The notes below the pieces were generated by a model. The model did no database searches. It was not told where the DNA came from and was given only the letters and a program-made list of their open reading frames with translations. DNA of 63,788 bases, filler included, from Phoronis australis (taxonomy: Eukaryota > Animalia > Phoronida): assembly GCA_002633005.1 (NCBI GenBank). It is 13 parts of 13 records of this genome, joined end to end, with 100 filler letters (N's around TTAATTAATTAA, not from the genome) between each part and the next. Parts side by side here need not be neighbours in the genome. Positions count along the whole stretch, not along the records: positions 57,970 to 61,400 come from NMRA01003025.1; positions 61,501 to 63,788 come from NMRA01003755.1; 11 more parts are not named here. One strand, given 5' to 3'. This document shows, piece after piece, positions 60,691 through 63,788 of this stretch (its first letter is position 1; each line of letters begins with the position of its first letter). The position numbers were made by a program, and so were the translations under genes.

Positions 60691-62002
60691 GTACAATGTG
60701 TACCATACTACTTGCAATTAATTTTAACAACTCCAGCTTAATACCTTTAAATGACACTCCACAAAATAAGTGAGCTTTTACACTGAAAACTTAAGACTGG
60801 ACATTAATGATGAGCCTAGTATGAATAATAAAATTGACAACTGTCAAGCTTTGAGAAAGGCTACTCTGTAAGGAACAAATGTGTTTGTATCAAATGTACA
60901 TCAGTACCAACCCCTTCTATGACTATTTACATTTTCTACAGCAGTAATTTACAAATTAATAACAAAACAAGCTTCCAATAAAATATATGATGCATTGAAC
61001 ATGTCACATTAAATGCACAAGGGATTAAGACAACGTACATAAAGTTCAGACGAAGACTTCTAAGCTTATATGCAGCAATTCCTCACTTAATTTTGGACAA
61101 AAATAATTGCCAAATTTGTTATATTTTTTTTTTCTATTTTCCAAAGGCGGATTACTGTGCTGAAAATTCACCAAATGTTGCTTGTTGACATCTACATGTG
61201 TACACTCTAAGAACAAGCTAAAATGAACTCGAATTTTCTTAATCTTTAGTTTTGTTGATAAATTTGGTAAAACAGAATTTCAATAGTCGGCCACATGGTG
61301 TGCTAAATAGGCAAAGAATTAACTCACCCTTCAGAGGGTGATAACAGACAGACACATGTACCTTTTGAATCATCAACACTAGCACTGTAGGCCACTGTTC
61401 NNNNNNNNNNNNNNNNNNNNNNNNNNNNNNNNNNNNNNNNNNNNTTAATTAATTAANNNNNNNNNNNNNNNNNNNNNNNNNNNNNNNNNNNNNNNNNNNN
61501 TTGTAAAGCCGACAATCAAAGCCTGCCGTATTCCGCATTACACTTTGAATTGAACGCTAAAATATTTAGAATTAAGACCCATTCAAATCACACAATGAAA
61601 TGGGCAATTAGTTTAAAATAGGTCTGATGCCCTTCAATTGATTTCGCACTTGTGTGAGTAAAATCAAATACTCCTTTCTCATTTACAGATGATCAAATAT
61701 TCCGCTCATAAAAACCAGTCAGACATTATAACTATAAACCGAGGCAGAACGAGAGGGATTAGTTTTATTTTTTAGTTCTTTTCAGGCTCATGTTTTTTTA
61801 TACCTCTTGTAAATTGTAAACATGGAAAGCAGGTCTCAGCTGTAAAACAAACACTTGAAGAAGTATGCTTAGCTTAATGGACACGACAATGTTCACTGCA
61901 CAGGGGATTTTTAAAGAAGGCTTATGTTACCATTTATTTCCATAAATTAATAGAATAAAAGAAGATGATGTTTTCATGTCACCTAAGTCCCAAGCATTAT
62001 CT

Positions 62003-62282
62003 GGCGTCTGTTTTATGAAAGTGACTTAAGACTTGCGACACAAATTTGGTCTTACGTTTTCGCTTCGCGGTTGCTGAAAAAATTAGCCTCGTGAAAATGA
62101 GCGCGTTGCAGAATAAAAATAATTTGTGGAAATTATCTCAGTAACTAGCAGTTATGTGAAAGTTCCCAGAGTCTTTGAATTTTTACTCAATTGAGATTTG
62201 ATTATTTTTCAAAAACAGTTACGTGGGGCGTAAGACCAAATTTTTCATTAACTCGTAAGTCGCTTTTCATGAAACAGATCCT
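62003..62282. mobile_element. ~280-bp MITE with long imperfect TIRs (possibly PIF/Harbinger)
   Basis: GTCTGTTTTATGAAAG..GACTTA..AAATTTGGTCTTACG at the left end is inverse to CGTAAGACCAAATTT..TAAGTC..TTTCATGAAACAGA at the right end. Confidence 0.65.
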
Positions 62283-63788
62283 TGGACTAATGTAAAGCGG
62301 TTGATTCGGTTAAGGCATTGATCTAAGACGTTTCCCCTACGACGTGTTACACGAAACAAAAGGCTGCAACTTGGTTAAACGCCCTTAGCTTTAGCTTTAG
62401 TGTTTCCGAGTATATCGTCCACAACAAGAACACTGGGACCTGTGCCGGATTGAGGTTTCTCGGGGCCGTATGCTATATGAAGTTTGTTGAAGTCCTTGNG
62501 CCGCCACAATTTTCGACCTACCCTCGCTACGATTTTTCCCAAGTTTTACAAGGAAGGGACCCTGTGGCTGCGATGCGGTTCAGAAAGTACAAAGCAACAT
62601 AAAAAATGTAAGTAAACGTGGTGCGGTATATGATGTATTTTTTGCACACGCGTACTATGCCGCTGTGTCCTGCATGAGAATGGAAAACCAATGACAGGAA
62701 CTTCTCGTTCTAATTTCTGCTTTTTTCAATTCTCACGCACTGCAGATCTATCAGTTTTGTGAACTACGTTATAGGCTTCACATACCTAAATTCAACTCTA
62801 CTCAACCAAAATAAAACAATGAGAAAATGTTTCTACATTTTCTATTTTGACTACGTAGCTCTGCAATTAACGCAAGTATTATATGTGTCTTATGTTTAAA
62901 AGCTTTGGTAAAGTTTCTTCAAAACACATAAGGGCGAAAATTGAAATAATTGTTCATCATTATTTCTGCAAAAATAAGCCAAAATAAAATTTCGTTTCAT
63001 TTTACCTTTCTTCATCATCAAGGTTTATAGCTTATGCTCTCAAAACTTACTACAAAGCAAATGCAATCAGCAAGCCTTTAAAAAAAACTTGACGACAGAG
63101 CAACGTGGAAAAAGACGGCCGTAAAACACTTTTATTCGACTTTGAACAAACTTTACTATACGTGCGAGCGTTCGGCATCACAAAAACATTGTTTGATGGA
63201 TAAGTTCGACAACTTGGGGTCATGAACTTGCTAAACAGTAGATGCGCTAACAAGTAGTAACGTTGATAATACATGAGCGCTGTCACTCTGTACAACGACC
63301 TCTTCACTCAAGTTCTAAAACCCTCTCAGCTGCGTGTATCTCAAACAGATCGTGTTACCAATTCGAACAGAGATACCGTGAAATCCACTGTTGACAAATT
63401 TTCTCCATTTTTTGTTCGATGCCATCCCGTATGCACTTTCAATTATATCGTGAATACAAAGACGAAAATTAGAAGGCAGTGGCGTGTACTCAAATACAAC
63501 GAGCCACTATGGAAACAAGAGGAAATTGAATCAATAAGTTTGACATTTGTAAAATAAAATACGATTGTTATTTTTAAACTCTTTCCCATTTAACAGCTTT
63601 CCTTAACTCACGGCACCAGTAAATTGAAAAAGAATCCATAGGAAGTCACTAAACAATTTGCTAGAGCATCGATATTGTACAGAATATAATGAAAGTTCTA
63701 ACTTTCACATACGTGACTGACAAACGTTTCGTAGCTTTTTACGACAGTAATTGTAGAAGTGTACGCTGTGTTTAATCGGCTGTAATCT

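Overview
This is animal (intron-containing invertebrate, probably bilaterian) genomic DNA, not prokaryotic. It consists of 13 contigs joined by 12 artificial 100-bp linkers (N44-TTAATTAATTAA-N44), so adjacency across linkers has no biological meaning. Almost all ORF-track entries are spurious. Reading splice sites by hand recovers partial spliced genes: LONP2 (4 exons), a CARD plus pre-NACHT NLR-like gene (2 exons), EXOC2/Sec5 (9 exons), a phospholipid scramblase (2 exons), MCTP (2 exons), KYNU (last 3 exons), a CUB-domain exon, a C-type lectin C-terminus and a decayed THAP12-like element. The rest is largely transposon-derived: pogo/Tc1-type MITEs, Kolobok, hAT MITEs with 5- and 6-bp TSDs, CR1/L2 and Tx1 LINEs, tRNA-derived SINE heads and Helentron-type HINEs. 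The most notable observations are: (1) a HINE family whose ~150-bp tandem units each carry a CTCF-consensus motif, giving more than 30 co-oriented sites (hand count), mostly in EXOC2 introns; (2) two further tandem-unit repeats carrying DR1 nuclear-receptor or octamer motifs; (3) an LTR with an internal tRNA-like Pol III promoter followed by a tRNA-Ser primer-binding site (Helenus-like TRIM). All family and gene assignments come from remembered motifs; no database search was run.
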